Under the pieces are notes generated by a model that searched no databases, had not been told where the DNA came from, and saw only the letters and a program-made list of their open reading frames with translations. From positions 1 through 64,000 of IMG/VR virus record IMGVR_UViG_3300020048_000007: a stretch of DNA of 64,000 nucleotides, one strand, 5' to 3'. Positions 27,245-35,550 of the stretch are shown in pieces; the stretch's first letter is position 1, and the number at the start of each line of letters is the position of its first letter. This DNA is from a virus (taxonomy: Duplodnaviria; Caudoviricetes). A program made the translations under genes and the position numbers.

Positions 27245-29157
27245 GCTCTGATTTTTTTCATTTTATGTGCTTGGTAGAGGCGACCTAGATCATCCTGAGG
27301 CACAAAAACCGTCGGTTCAAAGGACTTACTAAGGACCCGCGCCATTGTTAAAGCAGTCTCACTTATCAGTATGCGATCAGTATCATCGACACTTTCTGCA
27401 AAACTTCTATTTTTATACATGGTCGCGACCACGATAAGCTTGGTATAGGCCCTGAGGCCATACTTATTAACAGTTTGGTCAGACATTATCTTGCTGTTGC
27501 CAGCCTCAACCAAATTAGCCCAAGCACTGGGGATACCAAACTCTAACATCTTCTGGGCTTCGTCTCTAAACTCATCTGCTATATCTTTATTGCCCATGAG
27601 AGGCGAACCCTTTAGCCGCCATGCTGAGGTCCATTCGCCTTTCTGTGCTAAATCGCCACCGCTAGCACTTCGATCCTGTTCCTCTTCATCGTCACTATAA
27701 TCTTCAAAATCTGGAATCGGTTCGATCTCTGGATCTTCATAAGGCTTCCACCAGCCCTCAGAATGGCGTGGTGTATTAAGGCTACTTCGCATTTTACCCT
27801 TGCCCGGATAGTTAGCGCAGAGTCCGCCCAAAAGTCTTAGAACACATCTGAATTCCATACTGTCGAAACTTTTTAGAAGGTTTTTTCGCTCAATATGAAG
27901 TTCTTTTGGAAGACTACCTTCTTTGGTAAGCTTCAGGGCTTGGTGCACTTTGTTCGCAGGAATGACAATATTATTTTCCCACTCTATCGGATCAGTGGGA
28001 AGATATTTGCTAGCAACACCATCAAGGTTAAGACAGATCTCAAGCACAGTAAAGAAAGCTGCCTCAGTGGGCGTAGGCTCAGTATTCTTGGATGTACGAG
28101 CCACGAGAGTCTCGGCGGCAGAAAATCCTTCATCACCTATCGGCTTGTCGATTGAAGTGAGTGGTACATTTTTCGTACCACGCGGTGTGCTGATAGCTTG
28201 CATCGACCCTGTCGATAGGCCCATTGTAAGCTCATTGCCTGATTCGATCTCGCCGATTTTTTCTTCTAGCTCTTGTTTTAATGTGCTAATCTGTTCCGTG
28301 TCTTTTGACAATATGGCTTGTCTTAATTCATTCCCGATCTGAAAAATAAACCAGGTATATCTTCCGTATGGGTTGCCTGGGTTTTTATCGTATTTGTTTG
28401 GGCCTTCTTCTTGGTATTCTGGGTCTATTTGATATTGCATGCCTTCAAATGTCGGTGACAATACCGAATCTACGTCGGCGGTTGTTTTCGCAGTGGTTAA
28501 TTTGGTAGCTGCAGTCTTTGCTCTTTTTTCTGCTCTTGTGGTCCCGAAACCACTTATTAATGATTTCTCTAGATCGTTTTTGATCCAGGATATGAAGCCT
28601 GTTGGGTCGCCTCTGGTTCCATCTTTTTTTATTGGGCCTGGGGCACCAGCGTCTATCCCTGGCTTCATTAGCTGTGATAATCTAAGAAGACCGTTCGTAT
28701 ACAGTTCTTGAATTGCTTCTGGGTTGTCGACTTTGTAGGCACGTGCTAGCTTTTTAGCCAGATTTAGAAGAGGGGAATTAGCTGGCCCAAGGATCATTTT
28801 ATAATCTTTATCACCTGCTCTGCCCATATCTCCGGCGTATGCTACTGTTACTTCGTTTTCAGTCCAGACTGGTGCTCTTTCGCCCGGTTCGTAGTCTCTC
28901 GGTGGGGGTGGTTCAAATCCGAGGAGGTATTTTGATGCCCTTGGGTCCCAGGCATCGTAGCTCCATGTGGAGTCTTTTCTCAGAGGTCCGTATGTCTTAT
29001 GCAGGCAATCTTCTGCATAGGATCTGATATAACTTGGGTTAGATGGATCTTTCCACTTTCCGTCGGTTAGGTTCCATGGCTCTCTGTTTTCCCAAGGCGT
29101 GTCTGCCTCTAATATCGTGGCGAGGGCCTTTTGTATTTTATCTTCTAGGATCGACAT
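27241..29157 (-). CDS. Highly diverged sigma70-family RNA polymerase sigma factor, 638 aa, with large insertions
   Basis: Start moved to ATG 29157 (AGGAG SD). Region 2: ANSPLLNLAKKLA...QELYTNGLLRL...GFISWIKNDLEKSL. Region 3.2: PLTSIDKPIGDEGFSAAETL. Region 4: LKSFDSMEFRCVLRLLG...MGNKDIADEF...MSDQTVNKYGLRAYTKL. Confidence 0.7.
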   Translation of the reverse strand: MSILEDKIQKALATILEADTPWENREPWNLTDGKWKDPSNPSYIRSYAEDCLHKTYGPLRKDSTWSYDAWDPRASKYLLGFEPPPPRDYEPGERAPVWTENEVTVAYAGDMGRAGDKDYKMILGPANSPLLNLAKKLARAYKVDNPEAIQELYTNGLLRLSQLMKPGIDAGAPGPIKKDGTRGDPTGFISWIKNDLEKSLISGFGTTRAEKRAKTAATKLTTAKTTADVDSVLSPTFEGMQYQIDPEYQEEGPNKYDKNPGNPYGRYTWFIFQIGNELRQAILSKDTEQISTLKQELEEKIGEIESGNELTMGLSTGSMQAISTPRGTKNVPLTSIDKPIGDEGFSAAETLVARTSKNTEPTPTEAAFFTVLEICLNLDGVASKYLPTDPIEWENNIVIPANKVHQALKLTKEGSLPKELHIERKNLLKSFDSMEFRCVLRLLGGLCANYPGKGKMRSSLNTPRHSEGWWKPYEDPEIEPIPDFEDYSDDEEEQDRSASGGDLAQKGEWTSAWRLKGSPLMGNKDIADEFRDEAQKMLEFGIPSAWANLVEAGNSKIMSDQTVNKYGLRAYTKLIVVATMYKNRSFAESVDDTDRILISETALTMARVLSKSFEPTVFVPQDDLGRLYQAHKMKKIRA

Positions 29158-29240
29158 GCTGGGGAGCTCCTGTGATTTATTGTATCTTTGCGATATTGAT
29201 AAAACGCATGAATCATGCCAAATAAAAAAGGAGGTGCTAA

Positions 29241-29615
29241 TTGAAGAAAGCATTGCTACTGCTAGAAGGATTCGACGATAATGGATTCATCGAAAAGTTC
29301 ACGATAGGATATAAAGAAGACTATAAGACTGTAAGTGCTCCAAATCAATACATCAGAGTGTATGAGTGCTCAGAAGAAATAGAAGACAGAATCATGTCGA
29401 TAGGTGTAGACGAAGCTCAAAACGTGATAGCAAAAGTAGACGACCAATACTACAAGATACTTGATGGGATACAAAACAACCTATTTGTTGTCTTATCAGA
29501 ACTACTACCAGGCATCACAAAGAAATTACAGCTCAGAAAGAATCTTCCGGACACTGGGCTTGATGATGCAGTCAGGGGTAAACTTGAACCTAGTTCCGAT
29601 GAGCCTGATCATTAA
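29241..29615 (+). CDS. Hypothetical protein, 124 aa
   Basis: TTG start with a perfect AGGAGG SD; its 3' end overlaps the convergent GT2 gene by 90 nt. Confidence 0.7.
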   Translation: MKKALLLLEGFDDNGFIEKFTIGYKEDYKTVSAPNQYIRVYECSEEIEDRIMSIGVDEAQNVIAKVDDQYYKILDGIQNNLFVVLSELLPGITKKLQLRKNLPDTGLDDAVRGKLEPSSDEPDH

Positions 29616-30158
29616 ATCAGGTTCGGCGATTGAGCAAAAATTATAATTCTCGTCCAGTAATGTCCGGAGGCATGTCAGGTCTTCGGACTTATCTTCTACG
29701 CCAAACGTGAATATGTTTGGTTTTTGGTACATCATTGAATCAAGCAAAATGCCTTGTGGTGCTTTGACTTCTGATATTCCGTTATACTCACTAATCTGTA
29801 GGTGTGAGCTTAGAAACGACCCGCTTTTGGTTTTTTGTAATACTTTTTGCTGTTTTGATAATCTTTGAGGGTGGTGGTAGAATTCTGGATTGAATAGAGT
29901 TATTATGTCGCCTTGTGCTATGCTGTGAGCGTGGTTTTTAGCTACACCTTTTGTGTATTTGTATGGCAAATCGATCAACTTTATGTTAGTCTCTTCAATT
30001 GCTTTTATTCGTGACGCGTGGTATTGTGACTCAGCGTTATTGATTATTATGAGTTCTTTATTGGTGTATGTTTGCGATTTGAAGGTCTGTATAAGAAAAT
30101 CGACACGCTTTTGGTCTTGCGTGTCGATTATGGTTATGGCGCTAATCAGTGGTTTCAT
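29526..30158 (-). CDS. GT2-family glycosyltransferase-like protein with a degenerate DxD
   Basis: PLISAI...IQTFKSQTYTNKELIIINN...KGVAKN...AQGDIITLFNPEFYHHPQRL; the usual D-D-D-D is replaced by NPEF. Confidence 0.7.
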   Translation of the reverse strand: MKPLISAITIIDTQDQKRVDFLIQTFKSQTYTNKELIIINNAESQYHASRIKAIEETNIKLIDLPYKYTKGVAKNHAHSIAQGDIITLFNPEFYHHPQRLSKQQKVLQKTKSGSFLSSHLQISEYNGISEVKAPQGILLDSMMYQKPNIFTFGVEDKSEDLTCLRTLLDENYNFCSIAEPDLMIRLIGTRFKFTPDCIIKPSVRKILSEL

Positions 30159-30173
30159 ACTGATAAGTACTTA

Positions 30174-31091
30174 TCAGATGATTCTCTTGAAAGCTCTCTT
30201 GACCAGCGAGACCTTAGATTCTGCAAAGAGGGAAAAGCCCCATCTGTGATCTGTGAGCTTACTTGTTATACCTTCTGCAGCGAGTTCTCGCGCAAAGTTT
30301 TCGGCGTTGCGTTGGAATCTGAAGAGGGCTTTACCTTCGCTGAAGATTGGGTCTCTGGCGCTTATTGAGAGCATGTTCAGGCTCATTTTGCCTGTTCGTC
30401 CTTTTTCAGACGTGTAGTTTACAAGCATTTTGACGTTTTCAGGCCGGTGGAACAGAAGTAGTTCTTCTGCGTCCGCGATGGCTTCTGCGAGTGAGTATCG
30501 CGTTGGTGTTTTTGCGATTTCTTCGCCTTCTCTGATCAGCATTGCATAGGATGCGTTGCGTACTGGGGACTTTGCTGCTTCGAGCAGTGACCGTCTAACG
30601 TATTTGGTGAGTCTTGCTACGTTTTCGACGAGTGCTGGGTCTTGGTTGGCGAGAGCTTCCATGCCTACGCCTGTCCCTTTGACTGTCGGGGTGTCGCAGC
30701 AGTCGCTTTTTGGTTTTCGTTTGATAAGGTCATTCTTAGAGTCTAATTCTGAGAATTTCGGCTCTTTGGTCTTCGGCATTTCGCCGCTGGCTTTGCCGTG
30801 TGGTAAGCCTTTGCCTTTTGCCGGTAGCATTGCTTTGCTGCCGGTCTCGTTAATTGGTTTGAAACCCGGATATTTCTTCATCATGGTCGTCAGAGCCTTT
30901 TGAGTTCCCTGTGTCAGCGTCCGTACGTCAACATTACCGGCATACGTTTGCCAAGATTCATTTAAAGCTTTGGTTACAAGGCTTGGTGAATACGTTTGTC
31001 CGGCAACCATAATAGACTTGGCGGATGTTAAAAATCTTCTCAATTTGTCTTGATCTTCTGGATCAAATCGTGTATATTGCATGTCGGTCAC
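30174..31091 (-). CDS. Hypothetical protein, 305 aa (candidate head-internal protein)
   Basis: K/G/P-rich linker between two folded-looking segments; lies downstream of the acidic 626-aa gene. Confidence 0.7.
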   Translation of the reverse strand: MTDMQYTRFDPEDQDKLRRFLTSAKSIMVAGQTYSPSLVTKALNESWQTYAGNVDVRTLTQGTQKALTTMMKKYPGFKPINETGSKAMLPAKGKGLPHGKASGEMPKTKEPKFSELDSKNDLIKRKPKSDCCDTPTVKGTGVGMEALANQDPALVENVARLTKYVRRSLLEAAKSPVRNASYAMLIREGEEIAKTPTRYSLAEAIADAEELLLFHRPENVKMLVNYTSEKGRTGKMSLNMLSISARDPIFSEGKALFRFQRNAENFARELAAEGITSKLTDHRWGFSLFAESKVSLVKRAFKRII

Positions 31092-31136
31092 CCTTTCTCA
31101 GGATTTGATAACTTATTTTTTATTGTCGTAATAATT

Positions 31137-31166
31137 TTAGAGCCCTGACTAACGCCAGGGCTCTAA
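31137..31166 (-). terminator. Stem-loop downstream of ORF 31174-33054
   Basis: Minus strand TTAGAGCCCTGGC-GTTA-GTCAGGGCTCTAA: 11 Watson-Crick bp plus G:U and C:G; no U-tract. Confidence 0.6.
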
Positions 31167-31173
31167 TAATTTA

Positions 31174-33054
31174 TCAGAACCGCGTGGATTTGTAATATTG
31201 TTCGGCGTCGTCACGCCAGTCGCCACCATCATATCTGTCATTGTAACCGTCGTCGCCAGGTCCTAAAATATCATCATCGTCACCAAATTCTTCATCCGCA
31301 CCGAATTGAGGCTCCATAGGAGGCATGTCACGCATTGGACCAAATTCAGCATCTTCATGACGACGCATCTGGTCATCGTAGTCTGATTCAGTCTCAACAC
31401 CATCGCCTTCGCCCATGCATCCAGCCTCTGATGTCATGCCTTCGCTATCGTCTTCGCCCCAAGACTCAGAGTTCATGCCTTCGCCCCAACATTCGTCTTC
31501 CGTATCGTCACCCATCTCATCACCCATCTCGTCGTCCATCTCGTCGTCGAAATCTTCGTCGTCTTCATCTTGCATCGGCATTTGAGCATATTCGTGACAA
31601 AGCTCATGGAGCTCATCTTCTGGGCAGCCATACTTTTCACAGAAATCTTTTAGCTTCGCATGCAGGCCATGATGCTCTTCATCAGACAGCTCACCGTCCA
31701 TGTCATCCATGTCATCCATGTCATCCATGTCATCCATGTCATCCATGTCGTCATCTGCGCCACCGGCCATCTTCATGTCGTTTTCATCGTCTGAAGGAAC
31801 GAAATAAGAGCCGTCTGAATCTTCATATTCATAGAAGACATAGTCACGATTGCGTTCCATCAAGCTGAGCATTGACTTACGGTCCAGTTGAACTGGTTCA
31901 CCATAAGCTTCACACAGCGAGATGAAACCTTCTTGAGTCACCTTGCCTGTGGAACGAGCATATCGGTCAAACAGAGATTGGACATTAATGGTTTTACCCA
32001 TCAAGTTACCAATATTAGCTGGAGACCAGCCTTCAGAAGCAACACCACCAAGAACACCACCATCTTGGTAACGAGAACCCTTCATGGCTTTCATGCCGCC
32101 GCGATTCTTTGGCTTGGCTGGCCAATCATGTCCAACTGATTTCTGATAACCGTCTTCTGGCTTACCTACCGAACTCTTGTGTGAACCTTGTGGTCCGCCG
32201 TCAACACCATTATCATCGACATCCGACATGGCGACGTTGCGTGTTTTCTTGCGCGGCCATTGTTCGCCGTGGCTGGTTAATTCTGATTCAGCGTTGTGGT
32301 CAATTCTGCCTAGTGATGGGGCTTGGACGCCTTTGCCACCCTTTTTCTGCATTTTACCATCGCCGGGCTTGTAATTTCCTGCTGCGAAATCAGGCGAGTA
32401 TTCTCTAACCAGTCTTCTACGGCTCATAGCATTCTCCAGTTTAGTCTTCTTGGTGATTTTCTTTTTGCTCTTTCGAGTATCAGTTCCGAAGGCTACTGGT
32501 GCTAGAGCTATGGCCGCTGTACCAGTGAATGACTCACTGTGGGTAGCACCGTAGTCTAGTCCATCACCCCGATAGTCATTATTATATTTGTCGGGACGCA
32601 CAGTGCCCCTGTAATTAGCCCCAGCAGGAGGAACCACATCCTCAGAGTCAAAATCAAGCTCAAACTCATCATCAGCAAGAAGATCCTTACTGGCATCCAT
32701 ATTGGCATAAGGCTTCGTGCTACCGGACATGTTAGTGAGAGAATCACCAACGTTCCGAGCAGAATCACCTCTCGAAGCCACAAGTTGCGGCGGGCTAGGC
32801 TGATTAGTCATCCTATTATATGTCGGCTCATCGGCCATAATAGACGTACCAACAGGTCCAAATTCAACATCTTCAGCCATTTCAATAACGTCTCTGGCTA
32901 ATTCGTTCAAAGTCTCTTCTTCTTTTTTACGGTCTTTAGAAGATCTTCTAATCTGCTCAATATTATTCATCTTATTAATTCGATAGTCGACATCCTTCAT
33001 TTTAGGAATCTGACTATCGACTTTAGTCACCTTACGAATTGTCTTACGTGCCAT
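31174..33054 (-). CDS. Large low-complexity protein with an extremely acidic C-terminus, 626 aa; candidate prohead core/scaffold or internal protein
   Basis: Start moved to ATG 33054 (AGGAGG SD, TAAATATAA motif upstream). Basic G/K-rich middle, then a D/E/M/G-rich tail. Confidence 0.75.
   Translation of the reverse strand: MARKTIRKVTKVDSQIPKMKDVDYRINKMNNIEQIRRSSKDRKKEEETLNELARDVIEMAEDVEFGPVGTSIMADEPTYNRMTNQPSPPQLVASRGDSARNVGDSLTNMSGSTKPYANMDASKDLLADDEFELDFDSEDVVPPAGANYRGTVRPDKYNNDYRGDGLDYGATHSESFTGTAAIALAPVAFGTDTRKSKKKITKKTKLENAMSRRRLVREYSPDFAAGNYKPGDGKMQKKGGKGVQAPSLGRIDHNAESELTSHGEQWPRKKTRNVAMSDVDDNGVDGGPQGSHKSSVGKPEDGYQKSVGHDWPAKPKNRGGMKAMKGSRYQDGGVLGGVASEGWSPANIGNLMGKTINVQSLFDRYARSTGKVTQEGFISLCEAYGEPVQLDRKSMLSLMERNRDYVFYEYEDSDGSYFVPSDDENDMKMAGGADDDMDDMDDMDDMDDMDDMDGELSDEEHHGLHAKLKDFCEKYGCPEDELHELCHEYAQMPMQDEDDEDFDDEMDDEMGDEMGDDTEDECWGEGMNSESWGEDDSEGMTSEAGCMGEGDGVETESDYDDQMRRHEDAEFGPMRDMPPMEPQFGADEEFGDDDDILGPGDDGYNDRYDGGDWRDDAEQYYKSTRF
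31696..31755 (-). repeat. 9-bp tandem repeat encoding (DDM)x6
   Basis: Plus strand GTCATCCAT units are directly visible. Confidence 0.9.
32582..32590 (-). promoter_or_regulatory. Possible intragenic copy of the promoter motif (CAAATATAA)
   Basis: Coincides with an abrupt skew switch near 32560 and precedes an in-frame GGAG-N6-ATG at 32427. Confidence 0.35.
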
Positions 33055-33565
33055 CAGTGGGCCTCCTGTTACCCTTATATTTAGATAAAATCCAATTCTT
33101 CTCAGATATCTCATCGACCAAATGTGAGTCAGACTTAGATAAAAACTCGACAAAAGCAAACCCATCTGTTAACAGGTATTCACACACGAGCTTGTCAGCA
33201 CAAAAATCGCGGACCTGATTCTCCAAACCAGCACCAGAAAAAGACTTCCTACGCGGTATTGTTACAATCTTGCCAGAGAAATAACTCAAAAGCTCATTAA
33301 TCACTACCTTATCAAACCCAGATTTATCAAGTAACATATAAGGAAAATTCCTTTGCAAGAATTCCCTCAGCCTCTCAGCACCGGATGGCTTAGACATCAC
33401 CTCAGCCAAAACAGCTTCCATCAATCTACGATTGTCAGAACAGCCTTTATTCGCTTTAAGCCTTTCAAGAAAACCGCGATAAATAACCACATCAAAACTC
33501 GACAGCCATGACTGCCATACATGAGAAGTACTCAGACCGCAAAATGAAGAAGTATCGATTTTCAT
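33044..33565 (-). CDS. Hypothetical protein, 173 aa
   Basis: ATGA-coupled to the upstream tail gene. Confidence 0.65.
   Translation of the reverse strand: MKIDTSSFCGLSTSHVWQSWLSSFDVVIYRGFLERLKANKGCSDNRRLMEAVLAEVMSKPSGAERLREFLQRNFPYMLLDKSGFDKVVINELLSYFSGKIVTIPRRKSFSGAGLENQVRDFCADKLVCEYLLTDGFAFVEFLSKSDSHLVDEISEKNWILSKYKGNRRPTDGT
33075..33083 (-). promoter_or_regulatory. Putative phage promoter motif TAAATATAA
   Basis: Upstream of the AGGAGG SD of 33054. Confidence 0.5.
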
Positions 33566-35550
33566 GATGGGAATAACACCGCGTCAAATTGGGCGTTGCC
33601 AGTAAGACGGTACATCTCACCTTTTTTGATCATATCTTTAACAACCGAATTGATTGACTCATCATATTTAAAGTTAAAATCACCAGTAAGCAGTAATTTA
33701 ATGCCATTAAAAGTAGGGAACGCGAATGCTACCTTGCCGAAAGGTTTAAAAATATTATAGCACTCACAGCTGGCATCGTCTATAGAGATTATGGCATAAT
33801 CCTGGCCCATTAAATTCACAATACAGCCATCACAGTCTAGCTTCTTCCATGATTTTTCATGCTTCTTTGCATCAGCATAAGGCATAGTGCAATAGCCTGC
33901 TACTACCTTCTGAATATCAATTACCTGCTCGGGCACTATCTCAATAGAAACGTGACCAGACGATATTAGACCAGGTTCAATTGGCAACCACCACTCCGTA
34001 ACACCACCATCATGCTTAAAACTAACCGCTAGACCCTCATATACATCACGTGAATCAGCAGGATCGGTGAATTCGCCTTTATATAGGAAAGAACTATATT
34101 TCTTCCGACTGTTAGACATGTATGTGAAGCGGACATTAGAGCGGAAAGTCTTACCGACTTTAGACCTGGCAACTCTTATGGAAGCCTCATACTTACCATT
34201 GGGTAGCTCGATTTTCACGCTAGTTAATACGCTATTACTGTAAGCTGCATCGATATTAACGGGATATGAGATGGAGTTGGTGGCTTTCTCTGCCGCAAAC
34301 GTGATAAGCTCACCACCTCCATCAGGTCGTGTGACTATGCCAGTATTAACAGGTGGAAGCCCACCACTACTGCTACTAAATGTCGTTCCACTACTAGTTC
34401 CATAATTGGGAGCTGTGGGGAAAGTATCGGTACCGGAACATGCAGGTGTGAAACTATAACCAAGCTCTTGCAAAGACTTAGTGCCTTTAACCTTAGACGC
34501 ATCAGCATCATCTTTGTTATGAAGAGTAATCTTAGACTTACCAAGAGCTGATGCTGCGACACTTTCCATATGCCGCCTATTGTCTACATTCTTAGTAAGA
34601 GAAATGCATTTTTCTAAAGCACATCCAAGAGCGGCTTTCTGGGTGTCGAACATATCGGACATATTTTTAACCCAAGCAGTCACTACAGCTTCGTAACTTG
34701 CCTTCAGCGCAGTAACCTGGGTTGTAAAATGGCTAAAAATACTGTCAAGCATCTGATCAATATCAACATAGTTTATCTTATTAGATCCAGTACTTGTATC
34801 GAATGCCAGAATCCAAGGGCTTTGACTACTTGCTGTCGCTAATTGCTGAGCAGCCAGAGCCCCCACAGCTTGCCTCGTAAACGATAAGACCTTTTTGTTT
34901 TCATCAAGAGGATCAGTGATCAATTTAGCGCCAGTTAGAACAGTATTGAGCCCGATATTTGGCGAAGCAGAGTAAGTCTCCTGCGTAGCGCTATAAATGC
35001 AAGGAACCCCCTTCCCGGGCAACCCTGTGTCTCCCGGAGGTCCAGAAAAGATAGAAGGCTGACCAGCAGGGCCAACGGGTCCAATATCACCATCAGGGCC
35101 AGCAGGCCCAAAAAATTCTACACTGCCAAGCGCAGTCATTTCAGCTAAAAACGACTCCAGATCAATACTAAAATCAATGCCATACGTAAAACTATGGATT
35201 TTAAAGTCAAAATCCTGAGAAATATTATCACCGAACTCATCAATATTTTGGGCATTCAACTTGGACTTAATCACCAAATTGTCATCACCAGACTCTAGCT
35301 GGATGAAACCCCGGTCATAAACGCAATCACCCACAGTTAGGGTCGACTGAGGTGGCGGTATTAGCATCCTAGATAGCTTGCGATAATCCGAAGCAGATAG
35401 AGCTCCCGAGGTCCTATTAGTAGCAGTCTGAAGAGGGATACGCCCAGTGAGGGTCTGAATCCAAGTTCTCAGAGTAGCTTCATACGTATACAATGTACCG
35501 TCCGGTGAAAGAAAGCTCTGCCCGTCAGTTGGATTTTCTGGAAAAATCAT
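33562..35550 (-). CDS. Tail-fibre-like protein with a short collagen-like (Gly-X-Y) segment
   Basis: Start ATG 35550 (ATGA overlap, GGAG SD). FPENPTDGQ...DGTLYTY....TW fibre motif; GPAGPDGDIGPVGPAG...GPPGDTGLPGKG. Confidence 0.7.
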   Translation of the reverse strand: MIFPENPTDGQSFLSPDGTLYTYEATLRTWIQTLTGRIPLQTATNRTSGALSASDYRKLSRMLIPPPQSTLTVGDCVYDRGFIQLESGDDNLVIKSKLNAQNIDEFGDNISQDFDFKIHSFTYGIDFSIDLESFLAEMTALGSVEFFGPAGPDGDIGPVGPAGQPSIFSGPPGDTGLPGKGVPCIYSATQETYSASPNIGLNTVLTGAKLITDPLDENKKVLSFTRQAVGALAAQQLATASSQSPWILAFDTSTGSNKINYVDIDQMLDSIFSHFTTQVTALKASYEAVVTAWVKNMSDMFDTQKAALGCALEKCISLTKNVDNRRHMESVAASALGKSKITLHNKDDADASKVKGTKSLQELGYSFTPACSGTDTFPTAPNYGTSSGTTFSSSSGGLPPVNTGIVTRPDGGGELITFAAEKATNSISYPVNIDAAYSNSVLTSVKIELPNGKYEASIRVARSKVGKTFRSNVRFTYMSNSRKKYSSFLYKGEFTDPADSRDVYEGLAVSFKHDGGVTEWWLPIEPGLISSGHVSIEIVPEQVIDIQKVVAGYCTMPYADAKKHEKSWKKLDCDGCIVNLMGQDYAIISIDDASCECYNIFKPFGKVAFAFPTFNGIKLLLTGDFNFKYDESINSVVKDMIKKGEMYRLTGNAQFDAVLFPS

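Noticed and set aside
28905-28925. tRNA T-loop-like GGTTCAAATCC
   Set aside because: It lies inside the sigma-like CDS with no cloverleaf-compatible flanks.
29158-29253. ORF-track extension of the sigma-like gene to 29253, and of the acidic gene to 33165
   Set aside because: They overlap neighbouring genes and promoter gaps; internal ATGs at 29157 and 33054 have strong SDs.
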